64,000 nt of DNA from Octopus sinensis (lineage: Eukaryota), in NCBI RefSeq assembly GCF_006345805.1, contig NC_042998.1, positions 150,474,001 to 150,538,000 on the forward strand. Direction: 5' to 3'. Below, piece by piece: positions 25,831 through 36,741 of this stretch (position 1 is its first letter; every line of letters starts with the position of its first letter). A program made the translations under genes and the position numbers. Below the pieces are notes generated by a model. That model saw only the letters and a program-made list of their open reading frames with translations. It ran no database searches and was not told the DNA's origin.

Positions 25831-27294
25831 TAGAAAAAATGAGGTAATCAGATCGGATGGTTCATATTTATAGATATTTATTTATATATTACATTTTTTA
25901 CATATATATCTATCATATCATTCAGATCATATCATTCGGATTATTAGCGCTTTCTCCCAATCCAGTGGGGTTTTCAAATCATATATATCCCTGCCCCAGC
26001 TTGGCCACAGCCTTAGGGCTGGAACACATGACAGAATAACAGAATGAATATTAATATACATTATGTATAGATCGCGTATTCATATATGAGTATGCGTAAA
26101 TGCATACACACACTGACGCACCCACTACCCAACTACTCACTATTCAACCTAATTCTCTCTCCCTCTCTCCCACACTCTCTCTCACCATCTGTTTGTCTCT
26201 CTATGTGGATCTCTCTCTCTCTCTCCTCTCTCTTCTCCCCCCCTCTCTCTCTCTCTCTCTATCTCTCTTCCTCATTATTCACACCTTTCCGCGTGTTTTC
26301 CGCCCTGCTTCTCTTCCCAACTCCGCAACCACACTTCCATTCTTTATTCTATTCCTCCACCTTTCACCCGTCACCACCTCCCACCGCCACCACCATTTTA
26401 CTGGTCCCTACTATTCTTACACCCCTACCCTACCTACCAACATCCTCCTGTACACCATCACCCCCCACTGACCCACCCAACCGCCACCCTTCCATTCTCT
26501 CTATACATTATTCTCTTCCTTTCACCCCCGCTACCACATAAAAGGCCCGGAATCAGCATTCAACTCTGACCCGTCACCGCAACTCTCTTCCGCCTTTCCA
26601 ATTTCGCACGACCAACACCATCATCACCGCTACCCCCATCATCCCTACATTAAGCTACCACCACCACTTCCACATCGCCTCTATTTACGAATAATATATT
26701 ACCCCACCACCACCACCACCACCCCACTTTCCCTTTAATTTCTCACTCCGCCATATTCTGTATCATGTTCCCCATTTTCACTCCCCACCACCACCTTAAT
26801 CCCCATCCCAACCACAACCGCCACAAATTCACCTCTCCCATCCCAGCACCACAACAACTCCCTTCATCCCCTATTTAATTATTCTCTTACCCCAATCTTA
26901 GCAAGACCACACCACAATACACACACACACATTGATCCTTATACAAATACACACACGCAGACACAGACACAGACGTAGACAATAACACATAAACATACAC
27001 GCGTGTGTAAGATATGCATAGAAAAAAACACAACCGCGCACAGACACATAGGCACAGAGCCTATGCAGAACTACATTCAAACTACATGTTACTGATGAAT
27101 AGATGCACATACATACGTACACGCACGCACACACACTCCATGCCATATATCAAACATACTTAGAACACGCAATACTTACCCAAGGAACGACCAGATGGAG
27201 TGGTCACGGAGGGAATACCTAATTCTTTTCCATCCCAGCTGGCTTGGGACTAAATAACAACGTCGCATACATTCTAACACAAATTTAGACCAAA

Positions 27295-27333
<39 letters not shown>

Positions 27334-27449
27334 CACACAGTAACAATGAATACGGAGGTTAGTACATCTGTATAATTTTATCATTTCTACAATCACACCA
27401 TATTTGATTTAACTTTGCTTGACATTAAGTATGGAGCAATTGACTGTTG

Positions 27450-27660
27450 GTTTCAAATTTTGGCACAAAGCCAGCAAGTTCAGTGGGAGGGGTAGGTCGA
27501 TTACATTGATCCCAGTATTCAACTGGTACTTATGTTATCGACTCCAAAGGATGAAAGGCAAAGTCGGCCTCGGCGGAATTTGAACTCAGAACGTGTAGAG
27601 GGACGAAATACTGCTTAGTATTTTGCCCGGCGTGCTAACAATTCTGCCAGCTCGTCGCCT
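27450..27660 (-). mobile_element. SINE family B
   Basis: Family motifs. Confidence 0.8.
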
Positions 27661-27683
27661 TATTGACTGTAGAAATAATAATA

Positions 27684-28750
27684 ACAAGTGCACTCAGAGA
27701 ATGCAAAACTCCGCCAAGGTAACACCAACGGACTCTCAAACACGATTTTAAAAAATACCTACGGAGATGATTTTTAAAATAAGACTATCTGAAATAAACT
27801 CGACTGCTCTCACAAACGAGAATACTAAAAAGGAACCCGACCGCTCACAAAAATTAAGAAAAAAGAAAACGGAAAAATAATCCAGAATCCTTGTCCGGTA
27901 CCTGGTTGATCCCAATGGTAGTAATGGAATGTGAAGGCGGGTGTGCGGGCTGTGTTTGTAATGCTGTGTGTGTCACCTGCAATGGGAACAGGGACAGTCT
28001 TCTCTATGAAGGCCTGTTTTAGTCTATCCACTGATATAGTGTTTTTATAACCATTAAGGTCTATAGTGAAAAATTTATCCGTGTGTGAAAGAAAATGGAA
28101 ATGACCTACATACGGTGCTGTTAACGGAGGTTTGACAACATCGTTGCGCACAAAAACCTGAGTCCAAGAAGTAAAGCTTCCTTCAAGGCAGAGCTAGAAA
28201 TGCAATTGTTCAGTAGGTAAGTGGTTTTAAACAGGAGCGATATATTCAATATTGGTAAAACTAAAATTGTCGAGGATAGATTAAATTTATTATTGTTACT
28301 GAATGTGTTAGTGTTATTTAATTTCTGAACAGTTTTGCTGCCGTTTGTTTATGTAGTTTAATTTCATTAACCATCAGTTTCTACTAAGATAGAGACACGA
28401 GTAAAATTAATAATAGGGAAACGAAAATAAAATTTTGGAAACAGCAACGCCACCATAACTTACGTGGAAACCATGAGCGTGCTTTCAAAGGAAATAATCA
28501 GATAAAGACTTGAAAGTGAACGTAAGGTCGTAATATTTCATGTAAAGTGAAGATAACAAATAATTCAGAATCCTTGTCCGGTACTGGAGCGATCCCAAAA
28601 TCTAATCAGTTCATGCCAGTCACGAGGCCAAACAACCCTGAAAGTTTCATCCGAATCCATCTAGCGGTTCTTGAGATAACTTGTCCACGGAAAAACAAAC
28701 AAACACGGCTTAAAACAATACCTACGCCTTCGCTAAGGTGGAAGTAATAA
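27684..28750 (+). mobile_element. Helitron/Helentron-like non-autonomous element in two parts around an insert
   Basis: Start acaagtgcactcagagaatgcaaaactccgccaagg; subterminal hairpin gccttcgctaaggt; aaataat(c/t)cagaatccttgtccggtac occurs at about 27875 and again at about 28558. Confidence 0.5.
27930..28155 (-). pseudogene. Gypsy integrase C-terminal (GPY/F) remnant
   Basis: VRNDVVKPPLTAPYVGHFHFLSHTDKFFTIDLNGYKNTISVDRLKQAF. Confidence 0.75.
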
Positions 28751-29119
28751 ACCTTTCTACTTATATAGACACAAGATCTGAAAATTTGTGAGGCGGAGAT
28801 AGTCGATTAAATCGACCCCACTGCGTAACTGGTATTCATTTTATCGAACCCACAAGAGAAACAATAATAGTAAAAGTTATGCAGGTGTACTACTCTCCAT
28901 ATTCGTTGTGATTATTAAATATACACTTAGTTAAATATTCTAACCCAGAGAAGCGAAACCAGGACTTACTCATCAGATGAAATACAGTGGGATTGCTTAC
29001 CTCAAGTAATTCTAGTTGTTCATTACAACTCGATGTGGTTAGCCTTAACCTTGTGTTTGAACCGTATCCGCCTGGATATATTGTCTCTGTCTATTCACTA
29101 TATATATATATATATATAG

Positions 29120-29286
29120 GAATATAGGAGTGGTTGAGTGGTAAGGAGTTTGCTTCCCAACCACCTTGGGCAAGTGTCTTCTACTATAGTCTCGGACCGA
29201 CCAAAGCCTCGAGAGTGGATTTGGTAGACAGAAACTGAAAGAAGCTCGTCGTATATGTATATATGTGTTTGTGTGTGTGTGGTGTG

Positions 29287-29354
<68 letters not shown>

Positions 29355-29548
29355 TTGTGTGTTTTTGTTTGTCCTCCCTACCAAATCGCTTACAACCAAT
29401 GTTGGTATGATTGAATACCTGTAACTTGGTTCGGCAAAAGAGGCTGATAGAATAAGGCTTACAAAGAATAAGTCCTGGGGTCGATTTGTTCGACTAAAGG
29501 TGGTGCTCCAGGATGGCCGCAGTCAAATGACTGAAACAAATAAAAGAA
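29120..29548 (+). mobile_element. SINE family A
   Basis: Family motifs. Confidence 0.85.
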
Positions 29549-29587
29549 TATATATACTTTTCATTAAAGCTGCAAAATTATCACAAG

Positions 29588-29627
29588 ACTGTTACTCAGA
29601 GTTTCACTTTCCCGTTCGTCGGACAGT
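29588..29627 (-). ncRNA. Minimal type I hammerhead fold, U4C core, inside a fold-back (29552-29720)
   Basis: actgt-CCGACGA-ac[gggaaa]gt-GAAA-ctctgag-TA-acagt, GUA triplet. An inverted partial copy lies at 29651-29685. Confidence 0.6.
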
Positions 29628-29897
29628 TGTGATGAAAACTGAATTAAAATCGACGAACGAGAAAATGAAACTCTGAGTAACACTTGTGTGATAATTTTGC
29701 AGCTTTAATGAAAAGTATATTACTCTACTTCTAGTATTCGCGTACTATTTTCTCCACCTTGTTGTGCACTTGTGTGCTCACCTCTGTGTGTGTGTGTGTG
29801 GTGTGAGTGTGTGTGTGTGTGGGGGGGTGTCTGTGTCTGTGTCTGTGTATAAAACAAATGAGAGAAAGCGAAAATGGAATTCACGGATTCTTTATTA

Positions 29898-30001
29898 ATC
29901 ACAACAATCGTTTCGATCCATCTTTCATCAGTCCCTCGTGGGTGAGATGCTGTACCACTAGCTGTGGTGCAGCCTTCGGTGCAGATGTCTCGTCAGATGA
30001 C
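29898..30001 (-). ncRNA. Type I hammerhead fold with long helix II insert
   Basis: gtcat-CTGACGA-gacatc...gatggatc-GAAA-cgattg-TT-gtgat. Confidence 0.5.
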
Positions 30002-30765
30002 TTTTCAAATGATACTTCGCTCAACACATCTACATAATTTTGTGTGTGTGTATACATATATATATATATTAGCACACTCACGCACACACGCACGCATAGA
30101 CACACGAACGAACATATACCTCCACACACACAACACACATACATACACTTCCACACTCACTCACGCGCATACACACATCCGCGCACACACACACACATAC
30201 ATATACAGAGAGAGACAGAGTGACACAGAGAGAGTGGGACACACACACATACACATTTCCACACACACACAGACATACATTTCCACTCCGTCTACGTACA
30301 CATGCTAACATAAACAGACGCACATCCGCACCCACCCATTTACAAATCCTTCAGACTGCCCCGACTCAATACTGACCATCCCATAAGTATAAAAGCACAC
30401 ACACATGCTGTCACAACTACCCATACATACAGTTGTCACCATAGCTGCTGATCTCTCTCTACGACATTAACAGACACACACAGACCACCCACACATACAC
30501 ACAAATACCAACCTTTCTTCACACACTCCCACCCAGAAAGCACTTTCTTTTTGTTCATCTACTTCCGGTCATTTCAAAAATTTAACTACGCGTGGACTGA
30601 TGGCGATTTTTCCCCCTTCTTCCTTTTCTTTTGGTCTTTCCTATGTTCCTGTTTTCGTAGAAGAGGTATGCTCGAAACGTAAAGCAACCTCTCTTTGCAT
30701 GTACTACGTCTGCGCGTTGTGTTTTCTTGTCTTTTTTCTCCGTTTTATTTTAATTATATATATAT

Positions 30766-31495
30766 AAAAACTTACTTGGAGAAGAGAAACAACGCGTGCG
30801 TTCGGTCATATAATAACAATATAATAAATAAATAAAATATATGCATATATACATACATATATGTACATACTTATATCTATATGTATGTATACATGCATAT
30901 ATATATATATATATATATATCTGAGTACAGGACACCACAAATAAACGTAGAATGCATGTATATATACATATAGGTGTAAGTATGTACATATATGTATGTA
31001 TATATGCATATATTTTATTTATTTATTATATTGTTATTATATGCGCAAGAGTGGCTGTGTGGTAAGTAGCTTGCTAACCAACCAGATGGTTCCGGGTTCA
31101 GTCCCACTGCGTGGCATCTTGGGCAAGTGTCTTCTGCTATAGCCCCGGGCCGAGCAATGCCTTGTGAGTGGATTTGGTAGACGGAAACTGAAAGAAGCCC
31201 GTCGTATATATGTATATATATATATATATATATGTGTGTGCGTATATGTTTGTGTGTCTGTGTTTGTCCCCCTAGCATTGCTTGACAACCGATGCTGGTG
31301 TGTTTACGTCCCTGTCACTTAGCGGTTCGGCAAAAGAGACCGATAGTACTGGGGTTACAAAGAATATGTCCCGGGGTCGATTTGCTCGACTAAAGGCGGT
31401 ACTCCAACATGGCCGCAGTCAAATGACTGAAACAAGTAAAAGAGTAAATATATGACCGAACGCACGCGTTGTTTCTCTTCTCCAAGTAAGTTTTT
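30766..31495. repeat. Fold-back of a PLE-like repeat; right arm interrupted by a SINE
   Basis: 30766-30898 is the reverse complement of 30952-31043 plus 31449-31495. Confidence 0.85.
31044..31448 (+). mobile_element. Young SINE family A with TSD tatatg
   Basis: Full head and tail; tatatg at 31038-31043 and 31449-31454. Confidence 0.9.
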
Positions 31496-32278
31496 ATTTG
31501 AATAATCATGACGCGCACTCTTACTCTTTACTTGACCTTTCCTCCCTGCCTGTCTGTCTTCCTCTCTACCTGTCTCTCACCTTCTTATTTTTCAACCTTT
31601 CTGGTTTCTCCCCCCCCCCTCTCTCTCCTCCTCCTCCTCTCTCTGGCCGTTGACCGGAGTGCTATTAAAACTTTCTTTCAGCTCCGTGCTTTCAACAAGC
31701 ATACATCGACTTCCCTGTCTTTCGCAAGCCGATTTTTCACATGCGTTCTAACTAATTTTTCTACCGTCTAGGCCTAAAAAAGCCCTTATTGTTGGTTCCC
31801 TGTCCTGTTATTCTTTATTTGTACTGTTTTTTCTACTGTTTTTTCTTCATTTGTATTGCTTTTACGTCCTGTTCTTGTCACTTGTTGTACCCCTCTGCAA
31901 AAGAATTTTATATAATTCCTTTTGCAAGAAGGACTGCTTCGGCCTGGCCGTGTTCTGCCCTTACCTTCGAAACACGCATTGAGTTGAACCAGGGGCAGCT
32001 GATGAAGGGGAATTTTCCTTGTATTGTTTGTCCTGTACTCTGTTTTTTCGTTGTTAAAATAAGTCCGTTCCTTGTTTGAATTTATGTTTTCGTTTCTCGT
32101 TGTGTTCTACGTTTATTTGTGGCGTCCTGTACTCATATATATATATATATATAATATATATATTTTATCTATATATATATATTATATATATATATATATA
32201 TGCATGTATATATACATATAGATGTAAGTATGTACATATATGTATGTATATAGCATATATTTTATTTATTTATTATAT

Positions 32279-32319
<41 letters not shown>

Positions 32320-32645
32320 GTGTGTGTGTAATTAAGATTCCGTTGAATCAGGTACTTAAATAAGGCACCTTCCTAGGTCGATATAATCCGCACACCAAAC
32401 AATGTTAATTGAATATCAAGACTCGATGCAAGGGTATTTGTACCTGATATTCCTGCCGAGTGTGCAGACAATGCAACCCAGCTAAGTGAAGATATTCGCT
32501 CTTTGATAATTCAGACCTGTACTTTCTATAAAGGTACTTTCTATAGTATTTTCGAAGTGCAGATTCCAGGTTAGGTGAATAAAATTAAAATAAGTAACAA
32601 AGATGTACAGGTGTCAATTCACAACGGCCGGTCCAAGCGACTCAT

Positions 32646-32876
32646 TTAACTGATTAATGAAAATATTTCATCATTTGAAAAAAAAAACGTTCTCTCCAGA
32701 TGACTGCATTGACTTAAAAAAATAAAGGATACAACCATTTCCTTAACATATTCACTTAAAGTTCCATATTCACATAAGGAACTTAAAATATTTACATTGC
32801 TTCAGAGGTATCTGCAGTCATCTAAGATAACGGTTCCTTTCAAATGATGCAATGTTTTCATTAATCAATTAAAGAG
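32646..32876. mobile_element. MITE with approx. 60-bp imperfect TIRs
   Basis: tttaactgattaatgaaaatatttcatcatttgaaa...agatgactgca / tgcagtcatct...tttcaaatgatgcaatgttttcattaatcaattaaa. Confidence 0.6.
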
Positions 32877-32972
32877 CGCTTGAGATAGCTGTAATAAATT
32901 GACACAGTAAATCTTTGTTACTCATTTATATATATATATACATATATATATTATATATATATATATATTATA

Positions 32973-33005
<33 letters not shown>

Positions 33006-33087
33006 AGTATATATATATATATATATACATACACATTAGAAAGTTTGGAGATGATGTACAGGTATACATATATATGTATATATATAT

Positions 33088-33166
<79 letters not shown>

Positions 33167-33218
33167 CTAACAGAATATAACTATACATATATATATATAT
33201 ATATTAGATATATATATA

Positions 33219-34872
33219 CGTATCTACAATAAGTTAGTACACACAACGATTTTTTAAAATTTTTACTTCTTACAACTATATTTTTTCGTAGGATTTAAAT
33301 GAAACTCGATGTGAACATAGCCATGTAGTGGTTTAATAACTTTATAAACTATGAAGGAACAAATATCTTTTCAATGTAGAATAATTAAACAAAAACATTT
33401 AGAACAAGTAACAAAAAGTAAGTACACAGGAGCGCTTTAAACAAATAAGCCTATTTTTAATACTTTGTATGGCCTCCATTGTTATCAATAACAGCAGACA
33501 ACCTCCTAGGCATTGATTCCACTAGTTTACGACGTGTCCGCCGGAATTGCGTTCCATTCACATTTGATGACCTCCTTGAGTTCGTTAATATTTCTCGGAT
33601 TTTTCCCTGCAATTTTCCGTTTTAGATGCTCCCACAGATGCTCTATTGGGTTCAAATCAGGTGACATACTCGGCCATGGTAAGGTATTCACTCGCTTACT
33701 TTCTAAGAACGCCTTCGTAGGCCGCGACGTGTGCTTAGGGTCGTTATCCTGCTGGAAAACTCCACGTCTGCCAACACTTGTTAAACTTGGTAACATGTTT
33801 TCCTCCAATATCTGGCAATAGAGTTTTGAATCCATTTTTCCTTCGATGAAAGCAAGTCGTCCAACTCCTTTGGCACTCATACACCCCCAAATCATCAAGC
33901 TCCCACCTCCATGCTTGACAGTTGGCACGACACACTTATCCTTGTAAGCCTCCCCTTTTCGTCGCCACACACGCTTAACGCCATCTGAGCCGAATAGATT
34001 TATTTTCGTCTCGTCAGACCAAAGGATTTTGTCCCAAAACTGCATATCTTTGTCTTTATGATTATTAGCAAATTCACAACGCTTCTTTTTGTGGGAAGTT
34101 TTCAGCAGAGGTTTCCTTCGGGGCATGCAGCCTTTAAACCCGTCTTCGTAGAGAATGTTGCACACTGTCTGAGCACTCACAGTTACGTTTAAACTGTGTG
34201 AAATTTCTTCTGCGACGCTAGCAGCACTCCGACGTCTGCTTCCCTCTATAAGTTGTTTCATGCGCCTCTTAGTTCGATCACAAAACTTATTTGGTCGACC
34301 GGGACGGCGGCCATTTGTGACGGTTCCAGCTTTTTTGTACCGTTGAACAACTTTTGCTACCGTATTTCGGCTGATATTTACATTGCCACTTATTTCCGTA
34401 TATGAATGACCACTCTTGAATAAATTAACAATAGTTTCACGAGTTTTTTCATGTAATTCATTGCCACGAGGAGCCATTTCCAAGAATAATATGAGAAAAA
34501 CTTTGGTAGCAATAGATCCAAGCAATAGCAGCGTAATGTAAACAAACAGCCAATGAAATGCCTTTGGTTATTTATTAGGGTACAATAAAAAGGTGCCAAC
34601 AGAAAGTTCTGCAATTTATAGCTATTTAAGTAATATTTATTCATGATTAGTGACTTCCATAGCTGTGTACTAATTTATTGTACTGTGACTCTATGGATTT
34701 TCTCCTATAATTTGTAATAAACAACAAATTTGAACCCTAACGTTTATGCATATTTAATTTACATATATGGCTAGGTTCACATCGAGTTTCATTTAAATCC
34801 TACGAAAAAATAAAGTTCTAAGAAGTAAAAATTTAAAAAATCGTTGTGTGTACTAACTTATTGTAGATACTG
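33219..34872 (-). mobile_element. Full-length Tc1-family transposon with IR/DR-type ends, in a (TA)n site
   Basis: Approx. 105-bp TIRs starting C(A)GTATCTACAATAAGTTAGTACACA (33219-33324 / 34767-34872) with flanking TA; inner repeats of the terminal motif at 33411-33428 and 34664-34683. Confidence 0.95.
33457..34477 (-). pseudogene. Tc1 DD34E transposase, frameshifted near the C-terminus
   Basis: ATG at 34477 (MAPRGNELH), GRRPGRP linker, [26 protein letters not shown] (34 aa D-E). The frame stops at 33527; restoring 2 bp continues ...[25 protein letters not shown] for 340 aa. Confidence 0.92.
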
Positions 34873-34975
34873 TATATATATATATATATAATATATATAT
34901 ATAATATATATATATAATAGAAATATTAAAATAACTAAGTCTCTCTAAAAGAGAACAGCGGCAGCGTTCCCGGAA

Positions 34976-35121
34976 AATAATAGTTATCGCCATACTAATA
35001 TGGCATTCTTATAAAAATAAGAAAAAAGCTGTCCGCTTATTAGCTCCATGGAGCTAATAAGCGGACAGCTTTTTTCTTATTTTTATAAGAATGCCATATT
35101 AGTATGGCGATAACTATTATT
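34976..35121. repeat. 146-bp spacer-less palindrome
   Basis: Centred on ccatgg (35046-35051); I see no mismatch. Confidence 0.95.
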
Positions 35122-35151
35122 ATATATATATATATATATATATAAAACATA

Positions 35152-35686
35152 CGAGGTCTAATCAATAAATATACGGTCTGTTGTCATAGTAACGAATCTA
35201 AAGCACGCAGAGTAAAGCCGCTTGACAGAGATTGACTTTAACTTTGATGTGCATGCGCACTAAGTTGTAACGTTTTATGAGATCCGTAGCCAGCAGAACT
35301 GGAAAAAACATCGCAGATGTGCGTGCAGCTGTGCGAGGAAATCGTCGAATCAGCATTCGTGAGTTATTAGAGGATGTGCAGATTAGTTACGGTTCAGTTC
35401 AGTCCATTATCACTGAAGATTTGGGTCTGAGACATGTCTGCCAAAGCTGCTTTCAGCTGAACAAAAAGACACTCGGGCTTCAGTTGCACAAGTTCTCCTT
35501 ATTGCGCCAAGAACGATGAAAACCTTTTCAAAACTTTGCGTAGACCTCTGAGCGGGTTACGCCAAGCTTTTGGCAAAATTTGACGCAGATTCTCTGTTCA
35601 ACTTTCTATCATGGTCAATGCAACGATCACACGTTCCTCCCAAGCGCTGGTATAAAAAATGGATGTGAGCTAAACCGTCAAAACTT
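35152..35686. mobile_element. Second head-to-head mariner derivative
   Basis: TA|cgaggtctaatcaataaat TIR; + strand SRTGKNIADVRAAVRGNRRISIRELLEDVQISYGSVQSIITEDLG; - strand KVEQRICVKFCQKLGVTRSEVYAK; cut by a SINE at 35687. Confidence 0.8.
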
Positions 35687-36198
35687 AGGAGTGGCTGTAT
35701 GGTAAGAAGCTTGCCTCCCAACCACATGGTTTGGGTTCAGTCCACTGCGTGGAACCTTCTACTATAGTCTCGATCCGACCAAAGTCTTATGAGTGAATTT
35801 GGAAGACAGAAACTGAAAGAAGCCCGTCGTGTATATATATTCTTTCTTATACTTTTACTTGTTTCAGTAATTTGACTGCGGCTATGCTGGAGCACAGGAT
35901 TTATTCTTTGTAAGGTTACTTATTCTATCGGTTTCTTTGGCCGAGCCGCTAAGTTACGGGGACATGAACACACCAGAATCGGTTGTCAAATGATGGTGGG
36001 TGAACAAACACAGACACACAAATATATACATATATGTATAGGATGGACTTCTTTCAGTTTCCGTTTACCAAATCCACTCACAAGGCTTTGGTCGGCCCTA
36101 GGCTATAGCAGAACACACTTGTCCAAGATGCCACGCATTGGGACTAAACCTGGAACCATGTGGTTGGGAAGCAAGCTTCTTACCACACAGCCATGCCT
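35687..36198. mobile_element. Two SINE-A copies tail to tail (+ 35687-35820, - 35825-36198)
   Basis: Family motifs. Confidence 0.8.
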
Positions 36199-36211
36199 GC
36201 GTTTATATATA

Positions 36212-36247
36212 TATTGAAAAAGTTGCAAGACGCAACGAAAATTTTAG
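36212..36247 (+). ncRNA. Hammerhead fold, U3-A8 core (second copy)
   Basis: ta-TTGAAAA-a-gttgc[aagac]gcaac-GAAA-at-TT-tag; the 5' helix I strand is truncated by (TA)n. Confidence 0.55.
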
Positions 36248-36554
36248 AAAAATAAAAAAGGAATAAGGGAAAATTTTACCGGTGAGTGTGTTAAATTATA
36301 AGGCACTAAAAGAGAATGACTCCCGCCGGACACAACAGAATATGCCTCAACACACGAACTCACATAAAGAATCTTGCAAACCAAATCCCAAAACGAAATA
36401 TACATATATATATTACGGAGATGTACTTGCATAGCGAGTGACTTGATCTGAGATCGCGTGCTGGAACGAAAACAGTTGCAGCGTGGAAGGTGTTTATAAG
36501 CCATTTAAGAAACACACAAAACCGTTAGATTCACTTCAACATTTAAATTTAAGC

Positions 36555-36604
36555 TTTGTCAGTGAACAGGTCGCGGTCTCAAGCGACGAAAATATTTTGA
36601 CAAA
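36555..36604 (+). ncRNA. Hammerhead fold, G3-C8 core, at the apex of an approx. 90-bp fold-back (36471-36686)
   Basis: tttgtca-GTGAACA-g-gtcgc[ggtctcaa]gcgac-GAAA-atat-TT-tgacaaa, with palindromic AAUAUU helix III. Confidence 0.65.
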
Positions 36605-36683
36605 TTAAATTTAAATGTTGAAGTGAATCTAACGGTTTTGTGTGTTTCTTAAATGGCTTATAAACACCTGCCACGCTGCAATT

Positions 36684-36739
<56 letters not shown>

Positions 36740-36741
<2 letters not shown>

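Noticed and set aside
27168-27182. atacttacc resembling the U1 snRNA 5' end
   Set aside because: The match stops after 9 nt, with no U1 body or Sm site.
28950-28980. CTGATGA on the minus strand
   Set aside because: No GAAA or helices on the same strand.
31046-31115. tRNA-like sequences (here and in other SINE heads)
   Set aside because: They continue into SINE bodies and tails and give no complete cloverleaf; not tRNA genes.
34478-34525. Upstream TTG start of the 332-aa ORF
   Set aside because: The ATG at 34477 gives the typical Tc1 N-terminus and length.
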